Below are positions 1 to 17,189 of a stretch of DNA of 64,000 bases, piece after piece. The position numbers and the translations under genes were made by a program. How positions within the stretch are numbered: position 1 is the first letter of the stretch; each line of letters begins with the position of its first letter. The stretch lies in the NCBI GenBank assembly GCA_964016885.1, contig OZ024761.1:186001-250000 (forward strand). The letters run 5' to 3'. This DNA comes from Eledone cirrhosa. Its lineage: Eukaryota. Below the pieces are notes generated by a model, which had not been told where the DNA came from, ran no database searches, and saw nothing but the letters and a program-made list of their open reading frames with translations.

Positions 1-830
1 TAATTGCTGGCCTTGTGCCTAAAGTAGAAACACTTATTTCTGAGTTCAGGGAGGTGGATTGGCAGTATCGGTAGAGGGTCGGACGCCATGCTGTGCAGCA
101 AAGAGTTACAGCCCTTTATGGTCTGAGTTCAATTCCCGCCGAGGTTAACTTTGCCTTTCATCCTTACGGATAGAATAAAGTACCAGTATTACACTGGGAT
201 AATTGCTGGCCTTGTGCCAAAAAGTAGAAACAATTATTTCTAAGTTCAAATCCAACCGAGGAAGCTTTGTCTTTCATCCATACGAGGTCGATAAAATAAA
301 GTACCAGTAACGTACTAGGGTCAATTTAATCGACTTTCCCTTTCTCAAAAATTGTTGATCTTGTGCCTAAATCAGAAATCATTTTTTAAATTTGCTTTTA
401 CACATTTCTATGTTGTTGTTATAACCTTTTTACACGGCCCAAACCCACCTTGTATCGCCCTGTACCATTCTGTGCCATCTGTAATGTTTTTCTTTGTTAG
501 CCCTTGTGGCTTATATTTGCCTCTCATCTTAAGAAGGTCGATAAAATAAAGTACCAGTAATACACTGACTAGACTTAATCAACTTTCCCCTCCCCCAAAA
601 TTGTTGGCCTTGTGCCTAAAGTATAAACCATTATTTGGATTGGCAGTGTCGGTAGAGCGTCGGACACTATGTTTGGTTGCATAAAGTGACAGTCCTTTAC
701 GTTCTGAGTTCAAATCCCATCGAGGGTAGCTTTGCTTTTCATCCTTACGGGGTCGATAAAATAAAGTACCAGTAATCAATTTTTCCTTCCACCAAAATTG
801 TTGGCCTTGTGCCTACATCATTATTATTTT
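1..830 (+). mobile_element. Cluster of 4-5 full and partial copies of a tRNA-derived SINE (family A); best copies about 49-238 and 635-815
   Basis: A-box-like TGGCAGTATCGGTAGA, B-box-like GAGTTCAA(A/T)TCCC, body CTTTCATCCTTACGGGGTCGATAAAATAAAGTACCAGT, tail TTGCTGGCCTTGTGCC..AAAGTAGAAAC..ATTATT. Recurs many times in the window. Confidence 0.85.
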
Positions 831-938
831 ATATAGGAATTGCACCTTAAATTCTCTCGATAAAGAAATATTTACAGAACACATGTATTGAGTTCTATAT
901 ATCCTCGAGATAACCATTTTTAGTGTGTGTGAGAGAGA

Positions 939-974
<36 letters not shown>

Positions 975-1321
975 AGGGAGGGAGAAACACCTATACCTGT
1001 TTCACACAGCAAATCATGAAGTTATCGGAAATAAAATTTTAAATGAAAATTAATATGAAAGACAGATAAAAGGAGAAACCGAGAGTGTAGGGGGTACAAG
1101 AAAGACGACGAAAGACAAAAGACAAAGAGAAAGAAAGGTGGTATGGTGGTCGTGATGTTGGTGGTGGTGGTGGTGGTGTGTGTGTGTGTGTGTGTGGCGG
1201 GGGGGGGGGGTAAGACAAAAAAAAAGAAAGAAATACGGAGAGAGAGAGATAAAGGGCGAGAGAGAGAAAGACTTTGGGATAAAACAGAGAATGAGTGAAA
1301 TAAAATAACAACAATAATAGC

Positions 1322-1355
<34 letters not shown>

Positions 1356-1867
1356 GTAATAATAATAATATTAATAATATAAAAAATATATATAAAATCT
1401 GAAAAGCATTGTTCAAAGCCGAAGGAAATATAATTTATACAGATTGCATAGAAGATAACCAATATGAAAAGAGTTTTTTACATATATACAAAAATATCGT
1501 ATGGTTGTTTGGTTGATTTTTGTTATAGTTGTTGTTGCTGTTGTTGTTGTCTTGTTTCTCAGTGATACATATTGGCAAATTCAATGGCAGTCGGCTCTCT
1601 GTTCAATCTAAGTCGTATGTTCGCTTACAGTCAGACTAAAATAGAATATGTATGTATATGTGTGCGAGTGTATATATATATATCTATATCTATATATCGA
1701 AAATGATTTGAAGAACAAAAAATATATAAATCACTGATCGTTGATATATGCATATGTATATATATATATATATATATAATATAAGATATATATACATACA
1801 TATATGCATATATCAACGATCTATGCAGTATATATATTTTTTGTTTCGTTATTTTTAAAATTATTTT

Positions 1868-1934
<67 letters not shown>

Positions 1935-1970
1935 CGTCTGTGCGCGTGTATATATACATATATGTGTTTG

Positions 1971-2004
<34 letters not shown>

Positions 2005-2100
2005 CATCTGTGCGCGTGTATATATACATATATGTGTTTGTATATATATATATATATATGTATATACGTCTGTGCGCGTGTATATATACATATATGTGTT

Positions 2101-2141
<41 letters not shown>

Positions 2142-2176
2142 GTCTGTGCGCGTGTATATATACATATATGTGTTTG

Positions 2177-2311
<135 letters not shown>

Positions 2312-2497
2312 GTGTGTGTATGTATATGATGTATATTTTTTATTGATCGTTACGTGTTTCCTTCGGTTCAATAAAAAAAAAAATGTCGAGTTCTTTAATT
2401 CTAGCGGGTATAGAAATGGTTTTAGTGACGCGAATAGCTTGTCTTTTGTTGATCAAAAACCTTGCTTGTCATGCTAGTTAAACATAAAGCCTGACTG

Positions 2498-5270
<2,773 letters not shown>

Positions 5271-5439
5271 ATGGTGCTGGAAGCAGTGTCGTTGTTCTTG
5301 CTGTTACTATGTCTGTATGTATTTATGTTCCTTTTAGCCATCCGTATTCCAGTCATTCAATGGTAATACAGTAATGCAGTCTCTTTTATAGTGTACAGTA
5401 TAGCTTGGTGGCTTTCAACTCCCGCCTCTGGTCTCTTTC

Positions 5440-5661
5440 TTTTTGTTAGAGAGACATAGTGGGATAGAGAGAGAGAGACAGATAGACACAGTGGCAGAGA
5501 GAGAGGGGGAGAGAGTGAGACACACACGCGGAGTGAGAGGGAGGGGAGAAAGAGGGAGGGAGAGAGAGAGAGAGACAGAAACAGTGGCAGAGAGAGAGAA
5601 GGAGAGAGTGAGACACACACGCGGAGTGAGAGGGAAGGGGGGGGGAGAAAGAGGGAAGGAG

Positions 5662-5694
<33 letters not shown>

Positions 5695-6470
5695 CAGGGA
5701 GAGAAAGAGATAGAGAGAGGGAGACACACACGGAGAGATAGGCACAGAGGGTGAGACGGACAGAGACTTTGTTGAAAGACAAAAAGAGACAGAGAGAGAG
5801 AGAAAGACAGACAGAGACATACACACAGCGGGGGGGGGGTGAGAGACAAAGAGAGACAGAAGGAAACACATACAGAGGGAGAGGGAGAGACAGAGACAGA
5901 GAGAAAGACAGAGAGAGACAGAGCGACAGAGAGAGAGACAGGGAGAGAGACAGACAGAGAGCGACAGAGAGAAAGACAGACGACAGAGGGAGAGAAAGAC
6001 AGAGCCACAGACAGAGAGAGAGAGAGGGACCGACATAGGGAGAGAGAGAGAGACAGACAGAGCGACAGAGAGAAAGACAGACAGAGAGAGAAAGGGACCG
6101 ACAGAGGGAGAGAGAGAGAGAGACAGACAGAGCGACAGAGAGAAAAACAGACAGAGAGAGAGAGGGACCGACAGAGGGAGAGAGAGAGAGACAGACAGAG
6201 CGACAGAGAGAAAAACAGACAGAGAGAGAGAGGGACCGACAGAGGGAGAGAGAGAGAGACAGACAGAGCGAAAGACAGATAGAGAGAGAAAGGGACCGAC
6301 AGAGGGAGAGAGAGAGAGACAGACAGAGCGACAGAGAGAAAAACAGACAGTGAGAGAGAGGGACCGACAGAGGGAGAGAGAGAGAGACAGACAGAGCGGC
6401 AGAGAGAAAGACAGAGGGAGACAGAGCGACAAAGGGAGAGAGTGAGAGAGCGACAGAGGGAGGGAGAGAG
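5440..6470. repeat. GA-rich low-complexity/minisatellite array
   Basis: Recurring unit GGGACCGACAGAGGGAGAGAGAGAGAGACAGACAGAGCGACAGAGAGAAA. Confidence 0.9.
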
Positions 6471-6811
6471 AGGTGGGGGGAGCCAGTAACGGAAAACAGC
6501 CTACCGAGAAACGCTACATGATTGCAAGATAAAGATGGCTTTAGAAAGACTGGACATGGCCGTCTGGTGAGATAAATATTTATCTTTTACAATGCATTGA
6601 CGAATGTCTATACAGGAGTATGTGACTCTGAATATATATATGTATATATATATATACACACACACACATACACACTCATATATGCGTGTGTGTATATGTA
6701 TGTATATATATGTATATGTATGTATATGTGTATATATATGTATGTATATGTGTATATATGTATGTATATGTTAGTATACATACATATATATATATGTATG
6801 TATATGTTAGT

Positions 6812-6845
<34 letters not shown>

Positions 6846-6870
6846 CAGGAAAGAAGGTTTACATGAATCC

Positions 6871-6938
<68 letters not shown>

Positions 6939-6947
6939 ATATGTTAG

Positions 6948-6978
<31 letters not shown>

Positions 6979-7076
6979 GTATACACATATGCATATACAT
7001 ATGCATACACATATATATGTATACACATATATGTATAGACATATATGTATACAGATATGCATACACACATATATAT

Positions 7077-7140
<64 letters not shown>

Positions 7141-7184
7141 ACGCATACACACATATACACATGTACAAACACACACACGTGTGT

Positions 7185-7315
<131 letters not shown>

Positions 7316-7681
7316 TGTGTGTGATGCTAGCTGACCTTGGGCTGACAGACTATATAACCACCTATAGAAAACATTAGATAATGTAGCTGTAGATATAGGA
7401 CGTCTGCAGTAACGTCTGGGCTGTCACTTCTGGAAGCCTTTTGATTACAGATCTGCTTGATCCTGGTTGACCTGGGGCTAAACAACAACTATACAAAACA
7501 TGCTCTAGATACATTATATCTGAAGTAAAGGCCTGACTATCAATACAGGAACGAGTTTGATTTTAAATCTGTTCGATTAGAGTTGTCCTGGGGATAATAT
7601 AGTTCTAGATACATGATATCTGGATAACAGACGGGATTGTCATTACTGGAACGCGTTTGATGATAAGTCTGTGGATTATAA

Positions 7682-7862
7682 GGGCGGTGGATTGACAGTA
7701 TCGGTAGAGGGTCTGACGCCATGCTTTTCAGCAAAGAGTTACGGCCCTTTATGGTCTGACTTCAAATCCCGCCGATGTTGACTTTGCCTTTCATCCTTAC
7801 GGGGTCGATAAAATAAAGTACCAGGGATAATTGCTGGCCTTTTGCCAAAAGTAGAAACAATT
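7682..7862 (+). mobile_element. Full-length SINE family A inserted in a locally repeated element
   Basis: Complete head, body and tail. ATTATAAG on both sides is a possible TSD. Flanks carry repeated TTCTAGATACATGATATCTGG..CAGAC..ATTGTCATTACTGGAACGC units. Confidence 0.8.
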
Positions 7863-8189
7863 ATAAGTCTGTTCGATTACAGGTGATCGAGGGTTAAATA
7901 ACAATAGCCATACAAAATATTAGCTAATGTAGTTCTAGATACATGATATCTGGATTACAGACAGGATTGTCATTACTGGAACGCGTTTGATTATAAGTCT
8001 GTTCAACAACAGCAGTCATGCGAAACATTAGTGTTAGTTCTAGGTATATGATATCTAGATAACAGACTGGACTGTCATTACTGGAACGCCTGTATCTCGA
8101 GCTATGTTGTTAGATATTTTCTAGAGTTGCTATTTCTGTTTAGCCCTAGGTCACCCCTAATTGGTATAGACGGAAATATTTCTTCTTAT

Positions 8190-8400
8190 TTGGCCACTTA
8201 TTTCTGAGAGTTGTTGATGTAGAATACTTAGGCACGCCTTCTAGAAGTCCCTATTCAGAAGAAACCTTCTCCAACTGATCCGACTGTATCCCTAAACGAG
8301 AACAGCGGAGCTTATGGATGTTATCCAACCATCGTGCTCGTGGCCTATCTCTGGGTTCCCTACCGGTTGTCTTAAACTAGGGTTACCCAATCTTTCTTGC
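8190..8400 (-). mobile_element. Degraded 3' end of an RTE/RTE-X-like LINE; related remnants about 48900-49020 and 50780-50935 on +
   Basis: Minus strand reads RPRARWLDNI, resembling the RTE C-terminal GRP..RW.D.I motif. Shares GGATCAGTTGGAG with the 50860 copy. Confidence 0.5.
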
Positions 8401-8889
8401 GTCATCACCGCGCACCTGTATAGTTAATATTCAAAAGCATACCAAAAAATGTTTGGTAAAAGTTTGTTACTGGTTCGTTATTCCCATTTAGCTTCATGTT
8501 TTATCGTGTGTTGTTTTTCTTAATACATCTTCTTTGAATATTTGGAGAAGGGTAGCATATATTGAAATACCTTCTTAATACTCAAGATCCTATATCGCCT
8601 CATGTATTTTCGTGTATTCTTTTTCTTCATACAGATTCTTCAATTTTTTTTTGTAGGGAGGGAGGGTAACATATGTTGAAATACCTTCTTAATACTCAAA
8701 ATTCTATATTGCTCACCAAAATTTACAATCACCCATCATTTTCTGCTCAGTTGCACATCACCCACCCAACAGTTAAAATCACCCATTGATGGGTGATATT
8801 GGCCAGGTTGGGAAACCTTGATATAGACGCAAAAGATTTAAAAGGAAAATGCAAAAGAAAAACCACACTAGCTTATTTATTTGTGCAAT

Positions 8890-9105
8890 AATGGTTTCTT
8901 ATATAGGCACAAGGTCAGAAATTTTGGCAGAGGGGAAAGTCGATTAACTCGATCCCAGTGCGTGACTGATACTTCATTTTATCGACCCCTTAAGGATGAA
9001 GGCAAAGTTAACCTCGGCGGGATATGAACTCAGATCATAAATGGCCGTAACTCTATGCTGCAAAGCATGGCGTCCGACCCTCTACCGATACTGTCAATCC
9101 ACCAC
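8890..9105 (-). mobile_element. SINE family A
   Basis: Reverse complement of the SINE head and body. Confidence 0.85.
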
Positions 9106-9154
9106 CCTATTGATTTGTGTAACAATGCAAGTTGTCGTGTTCAGCTATTTTGTT

Positions 9155-9233
<79 letters not shown>

Positions 9234-9353
9234 TTGAAATAAAATGAAAACGAAATTTCATTTCTCACTCTTAGTACGGCACTTACTTATACACACATAC
9301 TTATACACTTACTTATACACACTTACTTATACACACATACTTATATATATATA

Positions 9354-9435
<82 letters not shown>

Positions 9436-9495
9436 ATATGTTGATTTAAAACTGCACTATCCACAAGTGTTTTTAACCTTCATATCATGTCCTCC

Positions 9496-9566
9496 TATTT
9501 TATCTGATGAAAACACAAATGTTATTGCATGATGATATTTGTTTTTGAAATGCGCATAATAAAATA
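9496..9566 (+). ncRNA. Type I hammerhead ribozyme, family H1
   Basis: TATTTTAT-CTGATGA-helix II-GAAA-TGCGCA-TA-ATAAAATA: 8-bp helix I, intact core, palindromic helix III. Module is flanked by (TA)n. Confidence 0.85.
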
Positions 9567-9594
9567 CATGGAACTCATTTAACCATCTTTTGTT

Positions 9595-9671
<77 letters not shown>

Positions 9672-10799
9672 AATATATATATATAATAAATATATATATA
9701 TATGAATCACGTTTCGCTGTAATATACACTTCTTGAACAAAAGGACGGAGGATCAACGTATTTTAAGCCCCGCTTTACAAACATCCAATATGGCGTATTA
9801 ATAGAAACTGGATGAAATCTGTGGAGATGATACTCAGTAGTAAAAGTTGTAGTTGGAAGATGTGTGGGAGTAATGCTAAAAACAAAAAAATTCCAAAAAA
9901 GGTGAAAAACAAGGAGAGCTATTGTCGTTGTAATTGGATATTAGAGCTGCGTTTGTTATCTCCGAATTTAAACCAAGTTTGGATGGAAAAGGAAATATGA
10001 CATGTTATCTCTCTATCCAGTTGAAATATAATATGGAAACAATAGTTTCTCTCCACCTCTTTCTCTCTCTTTCTCCACATCTTTCTCTCTCTTTCTCCTC
10101 CTTCCTCCTCTCTCTCTCTTTCTCCTCTTTCTCCCTATCTTTCTCTCTCTCCCTCTCTCTCCCCTTTCACTCTCTCTCTTTTATTCTCCCCTTTCACTCT
10201 CTATCTTTCACTCTTTCACTCTCTCTCTTTCATTCTCCTCTTTCACTCTCTCTCTTTCATTCTCCCATTTCACTCTCTCTCATTCATTCTCCCCTTTCAC
10301 TCTCTCTGTCTCTCTCACTCTCTCCCTTCCACTCTCTCTCTCTCTTTCACTTTCTCCCTTCCACTCCCTCTCTTTCACTCTCTCTCTTTCACTCTCTCTC
10401 TTCCACTCTCTCTCTCTTTTTCACTCTCTCTCTTCCACTCTCTCGCTTCCAATCTCTCCCTTTCACTCTCTCTCTATTTCACTCTCTCCTTTTCACTCCC
10501 TCTCTTTCACACTCCCCCCTTCACTCTCTCCCCTTCACTCTCCCCTTTCACTCTCTCTCCCTTCACTCTCTCTCTTTCATTCTCCTCTTCCACTCTCTCT
10601 CTTTCACTCTCTCTCTCTATCTCACTCGGTCTTACTCTTCTCTCTCTCCATTTCTTTCTTTCTGTACACACACGCTCACATACATACGCACACATGTAGA
10701 TGTAGGTATATATATATATATATATATACATACAGACAGAGAGACACACACACATACACACACACACATACATACATACATACATACACACACACACAT

Positions 10800-10830
<31 letters not shown>

Positions 10831-10871
10831 TACAGACATACATACATACATACATACATACATACATACAT

Positions 10872-10902
<31 letters not shown>

Positions 10903-11031
10903 TGCATACATACATACACACACACACATACATACATACATACATACATACATACACACACACACGTACATACATACATACATACATACACACACACATA
11001 CATACATACATACATACATACATACATACAT

Positions 11032-11064
<33 letters not shown>

Positions 11065-11508
11065 TACATACATACATACATACACACACACATACATACA
11101 TACATACATACATACACACACGCACACATACATACATACACATACATACATACACACACATACATACATACACACACACACACATACATACATACATACA
11201 TACATACATACATACATACACACACACACACGTACATACATACATACATACATACATACATACATACATACATACATACATACATACATACATACATACA
11301 TACACACATACATACATACATAGCATACATAGCATACATACATATATATATGAAGCATAACAGGTTAAAATGAATCTCATTGTCAGCGGGACTTTGAGGA
11401 AGCAACATTAAAGATCAGTGAAATATCAATGAATGGAAACAGCAGGAGTAATTTTTATTTATCTTCATCTCATCTTCTTCTTATTCATGCAAATGTTCAC
11501 TTAATAGC

Positions 11509-11563
11509 TGTCTGATGACGTCATAACTGTTACATAACAGTTACCATCGAAATATGTATAACA
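11509..11563 (+). ncRNA. Type I hammerhead ribozyme
   Basis: TGT-CTGATGA-..TAACTGTT ACAT AACAGTTA..-GAAA-TATGTA-TA-ACA. Confidence 0.7.
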
Positions 11564-11724
11564 CCAATTGAATAAATGAAGTCAATTCTAATCTGTTTAC
11601 TTATACTTCATTGTCTTTCATCCTTATGGGGTCGATAAAATAAAGTACCAGTTATGTACTGAGTACTTGCTGGCCTTGTACCAAAAGTAGAAACAATTAT
11701 TATACTATCGTATTATATTATCGT

Positions 11725-13730
11725 ATCGAGCGTGGAGGGACCACTCTACAAAATTTCATGGCTCCTAGCCAGAATACTCAAACCCATCTTAGACACCTTG
11801 CCGGGACACGTTAACAGCTCCGAGGAGGTGTTGAAGCGCCTGCATCAAATGGATCCCGACACCAGAAGGAATAACAGATATACCTTCAGCCTTGATGTAG
11901 TCGCTCTCTACACCTCGGTCCCGGCACTTCCGGCCGTCAATATACTGATGGAACGCGTCCAATCCACCGACTTACACTGCTTCGGGCTCACCACCACTGA
12001 CATCCACCAACTCCTATCCATCGTCGTCGACAACACCTACTTCGGATTCCTTGACCAAACATACCAACAAACCTCGGGATTGCCCATGGGATCAAGCCTA
12101 TCAGGTGTGCTAGCGATCTCTTACATGGACAACCTCGAACGCAAGGCACTCAACGCCTGCCACACCAACGCCGTAGCCTTTTTCTCAAGGTACGTGGACG
12201 ATATCCTCATCCTCACATCTTCCCAAGACACGGCGAACAGAATCTATGAGACGTTCAACAACACGGACGAGAACATTGACTTCAGTGTTGAACACCCCAA
12301 CGAAGACGGGTCACTTGCCTTCCTCGACTTCCGAATCAACATCACGGAACAGGGAAGGATCCACTGCAACTTCTACCGAAAGGCAACCTGCAGGGACCTG
12401 TTCGTTCACTACAAGTCTGCCCTCCCTAACAGTGCCAAAAGAGGATACATCACGAACGAGATCGCGCCAATCAAAAACAGATGCAGCGATCCCGCGAGTG
12501 GTGTCACTCATACCAAGCGATTCCTCGGGGTGCTGGAGACGAACGGGTACCCTACCTCGATCACAGACAGAATAGGAGATACCAGACACAAGAGACAGAG
12601 AGGCACCCAAGGCAAGTGCTTCCTTAAAATTCCACATCTGGGCGAGAATACCACCAACGCTATCCGCAAGGCTATACGGAGGGAAGGCCTCGACATCCAC
12701 CTGGCCCACTCGGGCCCCTCCCTGCGAAGATGCCTCTCCAAGAAACCCGGGAAATCTACTGACGCATGCTCCCTCAGAGACTGCCCGATACGCCATGCGA
12801 ACTGTTGCCTACGCACATACGTCGTGTATAAGATAGAATGTGACAGGTGCAACCAATACTACATAGGTAGCACAATCCGACCTTTGCACATCCGGATCAA
12901 GGAACACACTAAAACCAGGGCCTCGTCTTTCCGGAAACACATAGACAAATGCGGAAACAAAGACGGAAGGCCCATTGTCACAATTCTAGCGACTGAAAGA
13001 AACGTCGGCACGTTACGTATCAAGGAAGCACTTTTTATCAAACGCCTGCAACCGCAAATAAACAACCGATTAAAGAGAAGCGAAATGAGATGGCTGGTTT
13101 AAGTTAACAAACGATGTAGCAACACACAACACACGCACACACAAACGAGACAACTACACACACACACACACAGTAGCATTCCACCATACGAACATACTAC
13201 ACTGCCAATACAGAGGAACAAGGCAACTACACACGCACACACACACACACTCAAGCGAGACAACAACACACGCACACACACACACAGTAACATTTAACAA
13301 ACAGGCAGAGAATGGACTGACAGCTAGCGCCACCCCACTCCCTCATTCGGCCGCTGACCTCTGCCCGATCGACCCCATTTCACGCGCACGCGCGCTCTGC
13401 CGAATACCTCAAACAACAAACAGCGGAGGACGCGTTTCGCACCTGTCCGACAGACAATTTTTACCCCTGAAAAAAACCCCAGTTGATGGATGTGAATCCG
13501 AAATATATAGGGACTATTAAATCTCTCCCAAGGTAACTCTCTCTTGTGTTGTTATTTAAATTTTATCCTTTATACTCTTCCCTTCTTTCTTCTACACATT
13601 TACACATCTTTACACACCACGCATCTCAACGTACACCCACTTACATCTCTCTCTCCACCACCGGATCTTGTTACCCGGAGATTTACTCATTTGCATTGTC
13701 GAGGCTTCCAAACGACTTAAAGATATTTAT
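11725..13730 (+). mobile_element. Penelope-like retroelement including CA-rich 3' region and pLTR with a degenerate hammerhead (13477-13512)
   Basis: ORF as above. CCC-CAGTTGA-T-GGAT GTGA ATCC-GAAA-TATA-TA-GGG keeps the HHR helices with two core substitutions. Confidence 0.8.
11732..13102 (+). CDS. Penelope-like element ORF: reverse transcriptase + GIY-YIG endonuclease, 5'-truncated but open
   Basis: RT motifs FSLDVVALYTSVP, QTSGLPMGS, RYVDD, LAFLD, FYRK; C-terminal VVYKIECDRCNQYYIGST..RIKEH..KEALFI..QPQIN. Confidence 0.92.
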   Translation: MEGPLYKISWLLARILKPILDTLPGHVNSSEEVLKRLHQMDPDTRRNNRYTFSLDVVALYTSVPALPAVNILMERVQSTDLHCFGLTTTDIHQLLSIVVDNTYFGFLDQTYQQTSGLPMGSSLSGVLAISYMDNLERKALNACHTNAVAFFSRYVDDILILTSSQDTANRIYETFNNTDENIDFSVEHPNEDGSLAFLDFRINITEQGRIHCNFYRKATCRDLFVHYKSALPNSAKRGYITNEIAPIKNRCSDPASGVTHTKRFLGVLETNGYPTSITDRIGDTRHKRQRGTQGKCFLKIPHLGENTTNAIRKAIRREGLDIHLAHSGPSLRRCLSKKPGKSTDACSLRDCPIRHANCCLRTYVVYKIECDRCNQYYIGSTIRPLHIRIKEHTKTRASSFRKHIDKCGNKDGRPIVTILATERNVGTLRIKEALFIKRLQPQINNRLKRSEMRWLV

Positions 13731-13734
13731 ACTT

Positions 13735-14135
13735 ATAATTGTTTCTACATTTGGCACAAGGCCAGCAATTATCCCAGTGTATTACTGGTACTTTATTTTA
13801 TCGACCCCGTAAGGATGAAAGGCAAAGTTAACCTCGGGGGGATTTGAACTCAGAATGGCAAGGGCCGTAACTCTATGCGTCAAAGTATGGCGTCCGACCC
13901 TCTCCCGATACTGCCAATTCACCGCCATTATAAGTATAATAAAGGCGGTGGATTGGCAGTATTGGTAGAGGGTCGGACGCCATGCTTTGCAGCAAAGAGT
14001 TACGTCCCTTTATGGTTTGAGTTCAAATCCCGCCGAGGTTAACTTTGCCTTTCATCCTTACGGGGTCGATAAAATAAAGTACCAGTAATGCACTGAGTAA
14101 TTGCTGGCCTTGTGTCAAAAGTAGAAATAATTATT
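13735..14135. mobile_element. Two SINE family A copies head-to-head (about 13735-13926 minus, 13944-14135 plus)
   Basis: Mutually reverse-complementary SINE sequences separated by about 17 bp of AT-rich spacer. Confidence 0.88.
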
Positions 14136-14595
14136 ATACTTAGCCTTTAGAGTACGCAGACCTACGTATACTTTGTTGAGTGCTTTATCTTGCATACACT
14201 TGTATCGGTTGTTTAATTAACACATTATACCAAACATACACACATACATAGATATATATGTGTGTGTGTACTATGTAAGTATGGAATAATAAAGCAAGTT
14301 AATGGAATCTGGCCTTTTCATTTGTTCTTTGAAGTAGTTAACTTCGTTCCTGTACCAACCGCGTGATACCACATCCATGATGGAAGATATACACAACGTC
14401 GAGCCCTTTTTTTTTTATTGCATAACGGTCTACTGATCGGAATGACTGGATCACAAAGCCAGATATATATTGCATACACACACACACACACACACACGCA
14501 CACACACACACACACATAAACACACTCAGAAAAATGTTTCCAATGAGTTTTACTCCATTCCTTTTCATTTTCTCCACTCCCTCTCTCTTCATCAT

Positions 14596-14641
<46 letters not shown>

Positions 14642-15668
14642 TCTCTCACTCGCTTTGCCTCATCATCTGTCTCTGTCTCTCACTCTCTCTCCTTCTCTCT
14701 CTGTCTCATCTTCCACCCTCTCTCTCTGTCTCATCTTCCTCTCCCCCTCTCTCTGTCTCATCTTCCTCTCTCTCTCTCTCTGTCTCATCTTCCTCTTCCT
14801 CTCTCTCTGTCTCATCTTCCTCCCTCTCTCTCTCTCTGTCTCATCTTCCTCCCTCTCTCTCTGTCTCATCTTCCTCTCCCTCTCTCTCTGTCTCATCTTC
14901 CTCCTTCTCTCTCTGTCTCATCCTCCTCTCCCTCTCTCTCTCTGTCTCATCTTCCTCTCCCTCTCTCTCTGTCTCATCTTCCTCTTCCTCTCTCTCTGTC
15001 TCATATTCCTCTCCCTCTCTCTCTGTCTCATCTTCCTCTCCCTCTCTCTCTCTGTCTCTCTCTACATCATCTTCCTCTTTCTCTCCCTCTCTCGTTCTCA
15101 TGTAACCCCCTTCCCCTACCCCGTCTTCTCTTTTTCTATCCCCTCCTCTTTCCCCACTCCCCACAATACCCCACCAACTAATTTGTCTTCTTTTAAATCT
15201 CTCGATAATATGGCGACAAATTATATCTAGTCACGTGCTGGCTAATTGACCAATTACGCTCATAGCTCATTATGTTCATGTGGACAAGAACGGGGATGGT
15301 GGGGGGTGATGGTGGTGGGGGAGTGTATATGTCTATATAACTGAGTGCTGTTGATCCACTACGCAGTATGTTGTGGAAGTGTGCTTGCATATATATATAT
15401 GTGTGTGTGTATATGTGTGTGTACATGTGTGTATATGTGTGTGTATATGTGTGTGTATATGTGTGTATGTATATGTGTATGTGTGTGTGCGTGTATATGT
15501 GTGTATATATATATGTGTGTATGTGTGTGTATATATATATGTGTGTGTGTATATATATGTGTGTGTGTATGTATATGTGTGTGTGTGTATATGTGTGTGT
15601 GTGTATATATATGTGTGTGTGTGCATAAACTTACATACATATACACACTCACATATAAAGACATATAC

Positions 15669-15699
<31 letters not shown>

Positions 15700-15814
15700 T
15701 GCACGTATGGGCATTATATTTATGTTATATACACACATACATACACACACACATATACATATGCATACACACACATATATATATACACATAAGTGAAATT
15801 ATGATGTATATTTG

Positions 15815-15883
<69 letters not shown>

Positions 15884-16060
15884 ACATATATATATATGTA
15901 TCTACGTTTATATATATATGTGTGTATGTGTATGTATGTGAAATATATAATGCCCGTAGGTGCCTGTGTGTGTGTATATATATGTCTATACATATATATG
16001 TGAGTGTGTGTGTGTACTAAATCCACGTCTATGTGTGCATGTGCAATGCGTTTTGTATGA

Positions 16061-16091
<31 letters not shown>

Positions 16092-16707
16092 TATATATAC
16101 AGTATATATACACACACACATATATATATATATATATACACACACACATATATATATACAGTATATATACACACATATATATACACACACACACATATAT
16201 ATATACACACACACATGTATATACACATATATATATATATACATGATAATACAAGCTGTGATTAATTCCAAGAATCAGCAGCAGCAGCTAAATCGTTCGA
16301 CATATTTGGTTCTTTAAGATTTTATACTCGTAACATTGGCAGTTGATAGATGAGGTAAGCGACCCTTATTAATCTTTTGAATGACAAAACAATCGTTCAC
16401 CGATTCCTCACTCAAAGCAGCTGATGATTCTGTCATTTAATTTCACATCGATATTATATACATAGATTGTTATTCCAATCTCTTGAAATTCCAGATGCTG
16501 ATATTTTGAGTTTCTGAAACCATGTTTGGGGCACTATATAGGTTAGAATTGACTTCCTTTAGCCAATTTGACTTGTATTCCCCACCATAGTGTGATTTGG
16601 GCTTACATTATATATATATATATATCAAGGGCGGTACCCCAGCATGGCCTCAGCCGGATGGCTGGAACAGGTAAGAGAGTAAATATAATTTAAGCATAAA
16701 TTACACG

Positions 16708-16730
<23 letters not shown>

Positions 16731-16738
<8 letters not shown>

Positions 16739-16950
16739 TGTAAGTTATTGCCGTATTTTGACTAAAGAAATTAAAGAAATTATTTACCCTGATAGTGGGG
16801 TTAAGAACCCTCGGAGAAATGGAAAAAGATGAGTATTGACGTCAATACTCATCTTTTTCCATTTCTCCGAGGGTTCTTAACCCCACTATCAGGGTAAATA
16901 ATTTCTTTAATTTCTTTAGTCAAAATACGGCCATAACTTACATTTCTAAT
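16731..16950. repeat. Near-perfect spacerless palindrome of about 220 bp within (TA)n
   Basis: Arms mirror around GACGTC (about 16838-16843) with one visible mismatch; about 38 bp unpaired extension on the right before (TA)n. Confidence 0.95.
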
Positions 16951-16984
16951 AATTTCAAACCCACTCGCTGTTTCGAAAATATTC

Positions 16985-17045
<61 letters not shown>

Positions 17046-17189
17046 ATATGCTTTTGTGTTTTTTGTGTGTGTGTTTGCATGTGTAGTTTTATTTTATTTT
17101 TCCTTTCCTTCTTCCTTCTCCAGCCTCACTTTCATATAGATTGCATTTTTGTTTTTAAAATCCAAATTCAATAAACTGACCAGGATTTT

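Noticed and set aside
6535-6572. Possible first coding exon ATGGCTTTAGAA..TG|GTGAGA
   Set aside because: Only a short frame and a donor-like site; no downstream exon or homology identified.
13944-14040. tRNA gene
   Set aside because: A and B boxes are present but the head continues into a multi-copy SINE body; no convincing cloverleaf.
16319-16360. Exon-like segment reading ILVTLAVDR before GTAAGC
   Set aside because: Stops in all three frames between the candidate splice sites.
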